From Balanoglossus misakiensis (lineage: Eukaryota > Animalia > Hemichordata): a stretch of DNA of 64,000 nucleotides. A program made the translations under genes and the position numbers. The stretch covers positions 3,378,902 to 3,442,901 of the forward strand of contig CM082585.2 in the NCBI GenBank assembly GCA_040954595.2, given 5' to 3'. Positions 29,101-63,635 of the stretch are shown here, one piece after another; position 1 is the first letter of the stretch; every line of letters begins with the position of its first letter. Under the pieces are notes generated by a model, which made no database searches, had not been told where the DNA came from, and saw only the letters and a list, made by a program, of their open reading frames with translations.

Positions 29101-31977
29101 AACAACTACATGTACCGGTACCTGTTTACATATCAGTAGTCTTGCTATCTGTACATCCCAGTCACTCAAGCAAACTGTTCTCCAAGTTACCATGTTTTCG
29201 AATATGCCCAAAGCTGTTTCCAGTGGGGTTCCTTCTGCTGAGCCCATATACTTGGTATCCGGATCACAGCCACCCATCAATAAGGACAACAGATGCAGGA
29301 ATGCTTTCATTTTGAATTCTTCCTCCTTGACTGCATGGATTACACATGTAAACAAAGTAATGCAAAACTGTAGGATAACATCATTTTTTGACCAGATACA
29401 AAGAAAAGGTTTGAAAGGACAGAAGCTTCAACTTTAGAATTAGAAAGATTGTTCCCACATCTCATACTGGTTTGGAAAGTCAGCAAATACTATATGTTAA
29501 TTTAGATTGTGTGTATATTTGAAGTACTGGGGTAGGTCATAAGGTCACAAGACAAGGTCATGATACAGTGAAATTTTGGACTCAGATACTGCATCGAGAG
29601 TTCAAAATTCGATATAATTTTTGCCAACTACACCAAAATAAACAAATGGTATAACACCTTTCTACTGAAAGTAAAATTTGGTGTTGTTTGGATGTTTGAT
29701 CACTCATCCAGACAATCGAGGCGGGCCTTGTGCATTGAAGTTTATGCCCATGTCGTCTGATGCATGATTTCCACAACGTTACCAAACACACAGAATATCG
29801 CCGAGCTCGGTTTTATTCTAGTAGATGAAAGTACCATTAATTTCACCGAGCTCTTTCTCTAATATGCTTACAAAGACCTCTGCTACCATGTTCTTCTGTA
29901 GAAAAATACTCTAGAACAGTAAAACCTATCTAAACTGAATACCAAGGGGACTGAAGAAATTGTTCGGTTTGCTGAGGTGTGCAGTTAATAAGGTCAAGAG
30001 TAAAATGTTTTTATTTACATATGCAAATTTATTTAGGTAACTGGTATGTTTATTGTTTATGTATGGTAACATAAAATAAACAAAATGACTTCAAAATCTG
30101 AAGATGTATGCTGCAAACAGTTCTACAAGTAAAGTTTGCTAGCAATCTGACAATTTATTTAATTTTTACAGCCTTAAAAAAATTGTCATGACATTTTAAA
30201 CCCAAAAATGCCCATTTTTTAAGGTGGCATACCAATCACATCAATAAAACTGTTGGCTTCTATGTAGATAGAAATTCATATGGTGTTTGAAGACTTTTTT
30301 CAAACAGACAGATAAATAAAACATAATCATGCTTATCTTCTGAGAAGATCTTGGGGAGAGTACTGACTTAGCACGGGGTGTGTCTCATGAATGGGCTGCT
30401 TTATACCAACAATTATCTTGTGATGATCGGTAAACGTACGCTGCGGTCAACCACAGCCGCCACTTTTTTGACCCTACACAAACTGTCAAGAGCTATTGGA
30501 ACCGAGCGAAGAATAAGCTTAGAGAATGAAAGGTGTGACCAAGAAAATGATGCCTAGTTATCTTGACGAATTTATGTGGCGAGAGCATTACAGAAACACA
30601 CCGCAGTCACGAACATCATCTTCGCGCACATTGCTGAACAGTATGATCCTGCACTAAAAAACACGAGAAAAATAGGGTCTTTCACGGCCAAAATAAAAAA
30701 CAATAAGTTTGTTAATAAAATAAATTGTTTTGTTCCAAAATAAATTCAAGTTGTTTTCCTTTATAAATGTCTACGAATTTATGTGGCGAGAGCATTACAG
30801 AAACACACCGCAGTCACGAACATCATCTTCGCGCACATTGCTGAACAGTATGATCCTGCACTAAAAAACACGAGAAAAATAGGGTCTTTCACGGCCAAAA
30901 TAAAAAACAATAAGTTTGTTAATAAAATAAATTGTTTTGTTCCAAAATAAATTCAAGTTGTTTTCCTTTATAAATGTCTACGACCATTCAGGTGGTAACT
31001 CGCCACTCTCACCCTCCCGAAAAGGCCATCCCGACCAGAGAATGGTAGAGTCCAAGATGCGCCAACACTACATGTGGGAGTAAACAATATACAAATGTAC
31101 ACATGCTGCACTCCCGCCATTTCCAACTGAAAATGTTCTCGTCACAGCAAAAAGTAAACAAATTTAAATCGTCATAACTTCGTTTATATGCCCCGGAAAG
31201 TATACAAACTTCACAGGAAAAGGGGCCAATGTCTATACTTTATAAATATTACATCGGATTTCAAAAAGAACTTGGTGTAACAGTCCGTTCAAGAATTTAG
31301 CGAGGCATGTTTCCAAAACGCGAATTTTCATTACTCTGCACTTTAGGTTATTTCTCTGAAACTATAGCATTAATCTTATCAAAAATACTCCCGAAGATAT
31401 GGTTCGATATATGTACATTTAAGTAAACCCTATAAAACTACTCAGAACGCTCGCTGTTGGTAGCGGGTTAATAACCAAATTTGGGGGAAACTTTCGGGGC
31501 TCAGTGTAAAGACCTCGTTTTTCGAATCAGATTCCTCGTTTGCATAATTATGTAAATGAGGGCGTTACTGGCAGAGATTTCATCTGAATTCTGATCTAGG
31601 AACTTTATAGAACACCAGGCATCCGCCAATCATAAATACATTTTACACTCACTGAATCAGAGACCGTATTAGGCTACGGATGATGTCACATTCAAACAAT
31701 CATGACGAAGAGTGCAGTTCGAATTCATTCATTCATTCACCGTACCGTCCTGTGAAAGATGAATTTGTGGAGAGTCTAGAGGGGCCGGGGTTGGGCGTCA
31801 ATTGTGTGGGATTTATTTTATCTTACCATCGGAAAGATCCTGTCCATTTTTTCGTTCGACCGTATAGTGTTTCTTGAACTCCTCCCAGTATTCTTCTGTT
31901 GCTACAGCAAGATGCCATCGATGGTAACGTCCTGTCACTTTCTCGGCGGAGAGAAGAACACCGTCTATATGCGCCAT
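23135..31977 (-). CDS. TERF: Telomeric repeat-binding factor (TRF1/TRF2 family): TRFH dimerisation domain plus C-terminal telobox Myb, ~489 aa
   Basis: Exons 31827-31977, 29872-29895 (candidate micro-exon), 29122-29330, 27039-27134, 26569-26724, 25699-25826, 24943-25078, 24563-24789, 23561-23670 and 23135-23367 sum in frame. TRFH-like TPLETALGIFE...LLICKQ|AVVVCIQAGNHAKARDVFHRLW. Telobox RRAWSDQEKANLKRGVQLCGTGKWSEIL...NRTNVNLKDKWRTMKK. TERF1 versus TERF2 cannot be distinguished. Confidence 0.88.
24050..24340 (+). repeat. Interspersed repeat with (CATA)n microsatellite and 3' hairpin, Helentron/DINE-like (related copies ~37620-37860, ~51190-51310)
   Basis: Shared core AATTTGCATATT..TTGGCAATG..CTTCATTTGAACAAA..CCCAGCCTG..CACCAAATATCAAGGTG, followed by the microsatellite, the hairpin AGGTCCCAT..ATGGGACCT and an A-run. 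Confidence 0.45.
25123..25307. mobile_element. Kolobok-type MITE
   Basis: TTAA + AGGTATACGGTCACCT ... AGGTGACCGTATACCT + TTAA (perfect 16-bp TIR). Confidence 0.8.
25841..26194. mobile_element. Kolobok-type MITE family AGGGACAAAGTCTCTCTC (copies or fragments also at 13033, 27347-27709, ~39570-39754, 46880-47152, ~62720)
   Basis: ~55-bp TIRs. A TTAA flank is preserved at 13029, 27710, 39755 and 46876. The internal sequence is shared across copies. Confidence 0.75.
27714..29030. mobile_element. piggyBac-type non-autonomous element carrying a nested Tc1/pogo-type insertion
   Basis: TTAA-CCCTATTGCTACC ... GGCAGCGTTAGGG-TTAA. An uninterrupted paralog lies at 59285-59587 and a right-end fragment at ~12585-12690. 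Confidence 0.8.
27835..28826. mobile_element. Tc1/mariner/pogo-type non-autonomous element (~990 bp)
   Basis: Perfect 26-bp TIR CAGTCAGGACGTAAGTGGGGTAATTA. It is inserted at the TACTTA|GACAC site that is empty in the paralog at ~59395-59405. Confidence 0.85.
30375..30660 (+). pseudogene. Merlin (ISXO2/IS1595-like) transposase C-terminal remnant in TERF intron 1
   Basis: Translates, with frameshifts, to SHEWAALY...YAAVNHSRHFFDP-TQTVKSYWNRAKNKL-RMKGVTKKMMPSYLDEFMWREHY...IFAHIAEQY. This matches the Merlin motifs SDxWxxY, VNHSxxFVDP and YLDEFMWR. Confidence 0.8.
30566..30983. repeat. Near-perfect two-copy tandem duplication, period 206 bp
   Basis: ACGAATTTATGTGGCGAGAGC...TAAATGTCTACGA begins at 30566 and again at 30772. 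Confidence 0.9.
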
Positions 31978-32503
31978 TTTGTACCAGAATACCTTCGTTT
32001 TCAGATTCGAGCTCGGATTCGGATTCTTGAGACAGACCAAGACTCTTTGAATATAACAATACTACAATAACCTCCTCCACTTGCGCGAGTGCATTTTGTA
32101 GATCTTTATAGATTTTTCGAAATTTTAGGCTGGGCCTGCATTTATTACAAAGTAAACATTTCCAAGACCTCAAATCGGCTGTCATTGTTCTTGATCTATC
32201 GCAGCATAATAACCGAACAGCGCCCTCTGGTGAGTTAAGAGAAAACAAAATGTACATGCAATGTATTTATTTATTTACACTTTTAAAGAGCGTCCAATTT
32301 ACCCATTGAGCAAAATTCATCGTGGCCCGTACAATACATTGGGGGAAAAATAAATAAAAGGTGACTCGAAAACACGAGTCAATTACAGTGTTGCATCAAT
32401 AATCAGACCTAAATTAGAACTGTAATCTACTTCAGATATTTGCCAATCTGAAATGTTGACAGATAAAGAATCCCCACTCCTATGTGTTATTTTGAACTTC
32501 TAG

Positions 32504-33747
32504 GTTGCAGCAAGATTAAAAGAGAAGAATTCTCCATGATTTCTGTCCACTGTGTTGCCTATAGGTTGGCTTTCGCTGCTTCACAGGCTGTGAATTGGGT
32601 ACCATATTTGAATGAGTGCAACATTACACCAACTCCGCTGGTATTATCAAAATTCAGCAGTAAGAATGGCTGGTCTTACAGAAATTCAGGTAAATATTTT
32701 TATGCATTGTATTATTTGGACTGGTTTTATGTCGTATACATTTGTGTTGTGGATACATGTGTATCAATACAGGCAAATGTCTGAACACATAAAGTTGATC
32801 CATACTTATATTGTACTAGTATTGAATTGTCATTATAAACAATTATTTATCATTGAGAACAAATATTTCCACATCTTTTTGTATTTACAGAAAAATCTTT
32901 GGTGAAAAAGGCACACGATTGAAAGAGGCAAAATCTGTGAGATGGCCGTCTCACCACGGAGCTGAAGAGCCACATGATGCCACTGCAGTTGGTCTGTCTA
33001 TATTTGTCAAGCAGTTCAACTTCATTGCCAGCCTGCACATGTTGAGCGATGAATGTGTTGCCACATTTGTCCAGGTTATCTCTGCTGTTTCAGATCAGTC
33101 TGTTGCATTTCCCACACATGTATGAAGACCAATCCTGTTACATGTACACACTACTTGTGTATTCCTGGCTACTAACTATTTTTGCAATGTGTTCTTCCTT
33201 TAATACATAATTCTCCTTTTTTACAGAAACAAGACAGTGATCTAACAATCTTAGAGAGTGTTGTCACTTCGACCACAGTAGCCACCAGGAAGCTGAAACA
33301 GCATCAAAGACAACATATGAGCCATTTGATGACATACATCACTGAGACGTTAAGACAATTCGAAATCAAGGTCACCCAGGAAATGAAGGACAAATTTATG
33401 TCACAGGTATGCATATGGAAATTGCAGTAGTGGTGCATTTATAATTTAAGGCTTTGAAAAAAATCTGTATTTTTTTATAATTTCAAAGCAAGATAATTGA
33501 TAGCAATTTAATCATCATGCAAATAATGCTTTAGTTATGATAATAATGACTTTCAATAATTCATGTCAAGAGAAACTTGAGGTTGGTATCAAGAGTAAAA
33601 TATAGAGTAAAATGATGAATTAACAAAGTGAAATATGTATTTGTATTTGCTCATTCCACCTGTATTTATATCAGACTTTGATTGAACACTTCAAGATGGA
33701 TGAGGAAATTGCTGTCTGTGAATTCCTGCTGCTGAAGATATCCATGC
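32504..33747 (+). pseudogene. Decayed intron-containing hAT transposase (ZNF862-like) fragment
   Basis: Exon-like pieces: VAARLKEK..MISVHCVAYRLAFAASQA..YYQNSAVRMAGLTEIQ|GT; AG|KIFGEKGTRLKEAKSVRWPSH..DATAVGL..FIASLHMLSD; AG|KQDSDL..; AG|TLIEHFKMDEEIAVCEFLLLK. The hAT motifs HCxAHRL and RWxS are present, with several frameshifts. Confidence 0.75.
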
Positions 33748-33774
33748 AGTCCACTTACAGAATCTGGAGCCGAT

Positions 33775-33869
33775 GACGTTGGAAATCTACAAAAAGACAC
33801 TCTGGGGTCTCTGGAACAAGTTTTATAGTGGTTGGTCTTGCAACCAACTGCTTCACACGTTTTCGGCAT
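33775..33869 (-). pseudogene. Truncated THAP zinc-finger N-terminus
   Basis: MPKTCEAVGCKTNHYKTCSRDPRVSFCRFP matches the THAP start M-x3-C-x4-C...SFxRFP. The conserved W and C-x2-HF are absent where the sequence runs into the opposite-strand hAT fragment. Confidence 0.65.
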
Positions 33870-33937
33870 TGTTTTCAACACAAATATGTGCCATATGTAA
33901 CAAAAATTGCAGTGACCAGGCTGATGCGACCATGTAG

Positions 33938-34918
33938 CTACCACAGATCACATACTTTTCTCTTCAAAGTCGTCTTCTCTCCTCGCAGGGTTCTTGTCGT
34001 CTGTTCTGGTGCAGATCTGCTCAATGTGTCATCATTTCTGATGCCGTTGTAGTCTTCTGAATGAGCAGAGGAAGATGCCTTTCCAGTCTCCCTCTTCGTC
34101 AATGTAGTCAAGGTGTTACGGTAAATGGAACAAACAGCACACCGTGATGAACTGTCTGAAGAAAAAAGGAGTTGACATTTAACGTGTCTGATAGTCTTGT
34201 AGTATGGCCCATCTTCTTCATGTGCAATTACCTCTTTGCGTTTGTTAAGAAATACACAGTTTTGGTGTGGTGATCTCAGACGACACAAATCGTTGAAGCC
34301 ATCATTTCCAGGGCACAGGACTGTGGTCTCCAACAATTTGAAGAGATGACAGCATGACTCTGCATCAATTCTTTCAGGAATAGCAGTAAACACTGGAGAG
34401 GCATTTGCTCTACTTCCATACACTTCCACAGTCCAGATCCCAGACTCTTGCACTTCGATTCGGATAGGCACTTTCCTGAATTGACTACACATCTGCCAAC
34501 AGCAAATACTCCTGTTTGTGTGTTCGCCAGAAACCTCACACATGTAACCATATTCTTCGGCCTTGCTGGCGATCACTGATATCAGTGTTGGTGCTTGGTC
34601 ACGTCTGACTTCAGCACTGGTACACAAACTGCAACTGTTTGTGTGCTCCACAAATGAGGGAGGGTTTATGTTAATGGGATGCTCCTTCAATTTATTGCGA
34701 CGAAACTTCTCTTTCCACCGGTTTAATTTTAATGAACACGGCATGCATATGAAAGGTGGGAATATATCCCCATCTTCAACAAGGACATCTATATTCAATG
34801 CTCTCTTTATCGTGACAGAATGGACTTCTTTCTTTATAGGTAAGTTGTTCCGTTTTATTGCTTTTTCCTTACCGCACAATCGACACTGACACCTAAGGTT
34901 AGCTTTGTGATTTTCCAT
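33938..34918 (-). CDS. Second RAG1-N-terminal/Chapa-like + CPGN...TIRHxxC...RCxxC protein (326-aa ORF)
   Basis: MENHKANLRCQCRLCG...LNIDVLVEDGDIFPPFICMPC...FVEHTNSCSLC, then LCPGNDGF...TIRHVKCQLL...RCAVCSIYRNTL. A strong acceptor TTTTCCACAG| lies 3 nt before the ATG. The frame is uninterrupted. Confidence 0.75.
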   Translation of the reverse strand: MENHKANLRCQCRLCGKEKAIKRNNLPIKKEVHSVTIKRALNIDVLVEDGDIFPPFICMPCSLKLNRWKEKFRRNKLKEHPININPPSFVEHTNSCSLCTSAEVRRDQAPTLISVIASKAEEYGYMCEVSGEHTNRSICCWQMCSQFRKVPIRIEVQESGIWTVEVYGSRANASPVFTAIPERIDAESCCHLFKLLETTVLCPGNDGFNDLCRLRSPHQNCVFLNKRKEVIAHEEDGPYYKTIRHVKCQLLFSSDSSSRCAVCSIYRNTLTTLTKRETGKASSSAHSEDYNGIRNDDTLSRSAPEQTTRTLRGEKTTLKRKVCDLW

Positions 34919-34980
34919 TTTCTGTGGAAAAAGAAAAGAAAAATATGATCATACTCTCTCAGTCTCTCTTATTGTCTTAA

Positions 34981-35388
34981 GGATGTACGAGCATAATGTA
35001 CACTGGTAAACAGCGCATGTGTGTCTCTTTCCCATAGGATTACATTCATTGATAATTGCTAGAAATAAGTCATTTTCAAGAAATTTTGCACATAGCTCAG
35101 TCGAGTAAAAATCATTGGTCAAATAAAATCTTTGTGGTTACCGTGCTCTATTTTGAGATAAATTTCGTTAAATATTTTACCCATACACAAACCACTGGTG
35201 AAAATGCTGAGTCAGCAATTTTCTTCTATTATCGACGAAATTCGTGGCTCTGTATTTCAAAAACAAGCATGGTTACCCCTATAAACATTTTATTACTGAT
35301 TTTCATCATACATACAAATGAGAATCCAAAAATTCGCAATTACTAGAAATGACAACACTTTCTGTTCAATTTTACTGAATGTACATCC
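34981..35388. mobile_element. Kolobok-type non-autonomous element (related inverted fragment ~36990-37210)
   Basis: TTAA-GGATGTAC ... GTACATCC-TAAA. The internal sequence matches the reverse complement of ~36995-37160. Confidence 0.6.
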
Positions 35389-35466
35389 TAAAACTCTGAG
35401 ACATTCGGTGCAGGAGTTTTGTCATGATATCTAATTTATTCTATTGTGGCGGTAGGGTTTCCTTAA

Positions 35467-36452
35467 GGTAGCTGGAAAGGCTATTTTTGAAGCAAATTCT
35501 CTCAATGTTTGTGAATTTATTTTCACAAGTTGGAATAAAGATAATGACTTGAAATTTGCAGCATGTATTCTTAACAAACTAAAAAGTGAGGGAAAAATAT
35601 GACTGTAAAAATATCTGCTAAAATTATGAAATTTGATACGCCTAAATATAAATATTCATAATTTTACAAAATATTGATTGAATCTTGACATGTTTTCACA
35701 AATTATTGAATAATTTGTATTCATTTTAATATGAAGCAACCCCTCCAGCAATGTATGGGACACTTTCAGCAAAAACTTATTTTTTTCAAAGTTATCACTC
35801 AGGAAAACACAGTTTTTGTTGATATTTTGTATACAACTTTAACATGCTGCCAAAACACAACGGGAAAACTTATGAAAAAACTGTCCCGTAAAATTGTTCT
35901 TTGGGATGTCCCGAGTCTTTCCTGAAAGTTTCATGATAAAAAAAATATCTGGCATACCAATTCAATCACAAATAAAAACCATTACATTATGGCGAAGGGC
36001 AGAAAAGTAGCGAAATACGCAAAGTTTAGCGGCAGTTCACGGCGAAGGATCGCATTTATCTGGGTCAAACTCCTTTCCGCTGGCCTTTGGGGTTCCCAAG
36101 AAGTGTAAAAATGTCCATAATTTGGCAGCCTTTAATAAACAAGCAAGGTTATCTATCGCTGAAAATTGCAAGAATCAGTGTTTGCAAGTTACATTTAAAT
36201 GCCCTTGGCTAGGGGAACCCGTCCTTGTGCGCATAGCCTAGGAGAAGTCTTCCCCAAGAGGGCGCTCAAATAAGTCTCCCTAGCTTCCTTGCCAGATGTA
36301 TGAAATTAGGTATCATAAAACCAGCCATATCTTGTTACACGTTTATTGCCCCGAATTTTTCATAAGTTTAATTTTTCTCTAATACATTTCTAGATATAAA
36401 TTCAGTGTTTTTAAATGAAATTTTAACTGACGCCCTAGCCTTTCCAACTACC
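35467..36452. mobile_element. Kolobok-type non-autonomous element (~990 bp)
   Basis: TTAA + GGTAGCTGGAAAGGCTA ... TAGCCTTTCCAACTACC + TTAA (17-bp TIR with one mismatch). Confidence 0.8.
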
Positions 36453-38535
36453 TTAATACAAAAATGTACAAACAAACGGCCGATTTCGAACTCCAAACGT
36501 GCGTCAAAAATGGGCAATCAGGTACATTTGAGCTCAAATTGATAGCGACTGGAGTAATCGAGGCCAGTGACGAAGATCGACGCACGTTTTGAGTTCGAAA
36601 TCGGCCGTTTGTTTGTATTAAGGAAATCCCTACCGCATCAAATCTGTTGAATTTCACCAGGTTTGTCTATGTAGCTTTGCAGGGCTGAGGTTTGGGGACA
36701 TAGCAGAGCTACAATCCATCCCACGCGAAAATAATACTTGCAATGGTAAGGAACTTATTGATTGTTGGGGGTGTTTGGGAAACACTCGGCATATTCACTT
36801 CAAAATCCTACTTTTTGGTTGTACGAAAAGAAAAACAAACGCCACAAACCTTCCAAGACGTCCGCAAGACACGTTTCCGGTAGTACAGTGGTGACGCGTA
36901 AAGTGGACCCCCTAGGTACGTGTAAATAAAAGTCACTGTGCATATCTGGTACCCTCGTCCGCGCGCATAGTGTACAATAAGTAAAGGTGAAAGTATTGTC
37001 ATTTCTTTTAATTGTGAAGGTTTGTTTTCTCATTTGTATGTATAATGAAACTCCGTAATGAAATATAGGGTCCCCGCGCTTGTTTCTCGAAATACAAGGC
37101 CGCCAATTTAGTCGATAAATGAAGAAAACTGCTGAGTCAGCATTTTCCACCAATGGTTTGTCTTTGGGCCAATTATTTAGAAAGGTCCCACACTGAGTGG
37201 CGCGTACTTTCAACAACTGACATGACAGAGAACACGACAGCGAAAGCCAAGGAACAGAATAGCCAGAACTATCACAAGTGCCTAACTAAATGTCTGATTT
37301 TAATCAGATTGATTCCAGGCAAACCATGGGAATCCACTGATTACATTTTACAAAATCTTACTTGGGTTACCTCAAGGAATACACCTAATAAATTTCAAAG
37401 CAACCTGACAAGTGATTTCTAAAAGGGAACAATATTTGCCTTATTTTGCGATAATTTGAACAAAATCAAGTTAGATCACCTACAGGAAGCGGCAAACAAA
37501 ATTTAGTTTCAGAGATTTTTTTTAAATGAGGAAAAAGACAAACAATGCAAATAGAAAATTCATTCTGTATAAAGCTCATAACATACAAGCCTGTATGAGG
37601 TCAACATAAGAAGCATGCACACAGCAATTTTCAGAACAATTTGCCAAGTAGTTGTTGAGATTCGTAGTTCTGGCCAATTTCACATTTTCCTGCTCATTTG
37701 CATATTCTTGGCAATGGCATCTTCATTTGAACAAATTCTGATCCACAGCCCAGCCTGCCACCGATACACCAAATATCAAGGTGGACAGAGACAGACAGAC
37801 ACACACAAACACAGATACACACATACATACATACTGTGCCATACCATAAGGTCACATTGGAAAATACACCAAGAACAAATCTCATTAATTATGCAAATTT
37901 GCAATTTATTGACTTGAAACTGTGCATAAATTCACGTGAAAACAATACTTTTTTGTTCAGTTTCAGGAAGTTTGATACAAAAACTTAAGGCTAATTGCAC
38001 AGATTTCTTTACTATGCAAATTAGCCATTAATTAATATTACAGAAAAGTCTTATAGCATGGACAGATCTTTGTTGGATCAGTAATTGTACCATGATTCAT
38101 AACATTACATACAACAATAAAAGAGATATATCACTAATTAGAAAAGGTCATTCAGTATGCAAATTTGCACTTTATCTGACCATAAAGTGCAAAGTGCCCC
38201 TAAGCTTGTGAAAACAATATCTCTGGTAAGTTTCATCAACTTTTAAGTGCTTGAACTCTGCCGTTATAGGGCTACCTGCAAAAATTAATTTAATTCGAAG
38301 AATTATCAAGATGACAATGACCCATTTATATCAGATCTAATGTGCAAGACACACACACCAAAATGTACTCAATTCTAACCATTTGTAACCTGACAGACAG
38401 ACATCAGTTCAACAAAAGTATCTAAGGAATAATTACAGAGAGAAGAAAACATCCTAAAACCTGTCATTTAAATCTGTCAACCAATTGTGCCACTATGGCA
38501 ATAGAAGGTGAATTTATTTTGGTTGTAGTATTTAA

Positions 38536-38767
38536 AGTGAAGGGGTCGTTGCGCCACGCTCATTTGTTTATAAGCATTACAATTCATCCACAAATCCCTG
38601 AAATAAGATCATTCTTAGAAAGAACGAAGCAGCCAACAGCATAGACTGGGCATGACAGCAACTGAAGATGCTAGTAGGTCGTGGCGACTGCAGTGTGGTT
38701 TGCGCTGGTATGGGAGGACAAATTCTCATCAAGGGGGACACCTGCACTGCGCGACGACCCCTTCCCT
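38536..38767. mobile_element. Kolobok-type MITE (copy 2), just 3' of the U2SURP stop
   Basis: TTAA TSDs; TIR AGTGAAGGGGTCGTTGCGC / GCGCGACGACCCCTTCCCT; paralog of 13912-14127. Confidence 0.75.
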
Positions 38768-38974
38768 TTAAGGATGGAGCAACGGCTGTTGTTTGCAGTT
38801 CATGAGTGGCAGCATTCAATTATAGTCTGGCAGAGAGTAAGCCTTTCATCACCATATCCCAGTCCAACCCCATTGCTTCCTATGGAACAGTTAGACCTCT
38901 AAGAAGGGAACTGGGGGTGAAGGGTTGAATGAACAAAAGTCTCAATTTCTATTGAATCGTTTCTATGACCATTA

Positions 38975-63635
<24,661 letters not shown>

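Noticed and set aside
29835-29895. Longer 61-nt TERF exon candidate (KNMVAEVFVSILEKELGEIN)
   Set aside because: It needs a phase-0 acceptor while exon 1 ends in phase 1; read in phase 1 it hits a TGA.
31823-32257. 144-aa minus-strand ORF
   Set aside because: It overlaps TERF exon 1 and its 5' region in another frame and has no recognisable domain. The AAAATGGCG start at 31977 with a phase-consistent donor explains the region better.
18694-34918. Interpreting the convergent pair as a ProtoRAG (RAG1L-RAG2L) transposon
   Set aside because: No RING, nonamer-binding or DDE RAG1 core, no kelch/PHD RAG2-like ORF, and no RSS-like CAC...TIR pair or 5-bp TSD was identified. The two genes are similar in architecture rather than RAG1/RAG2 partners.
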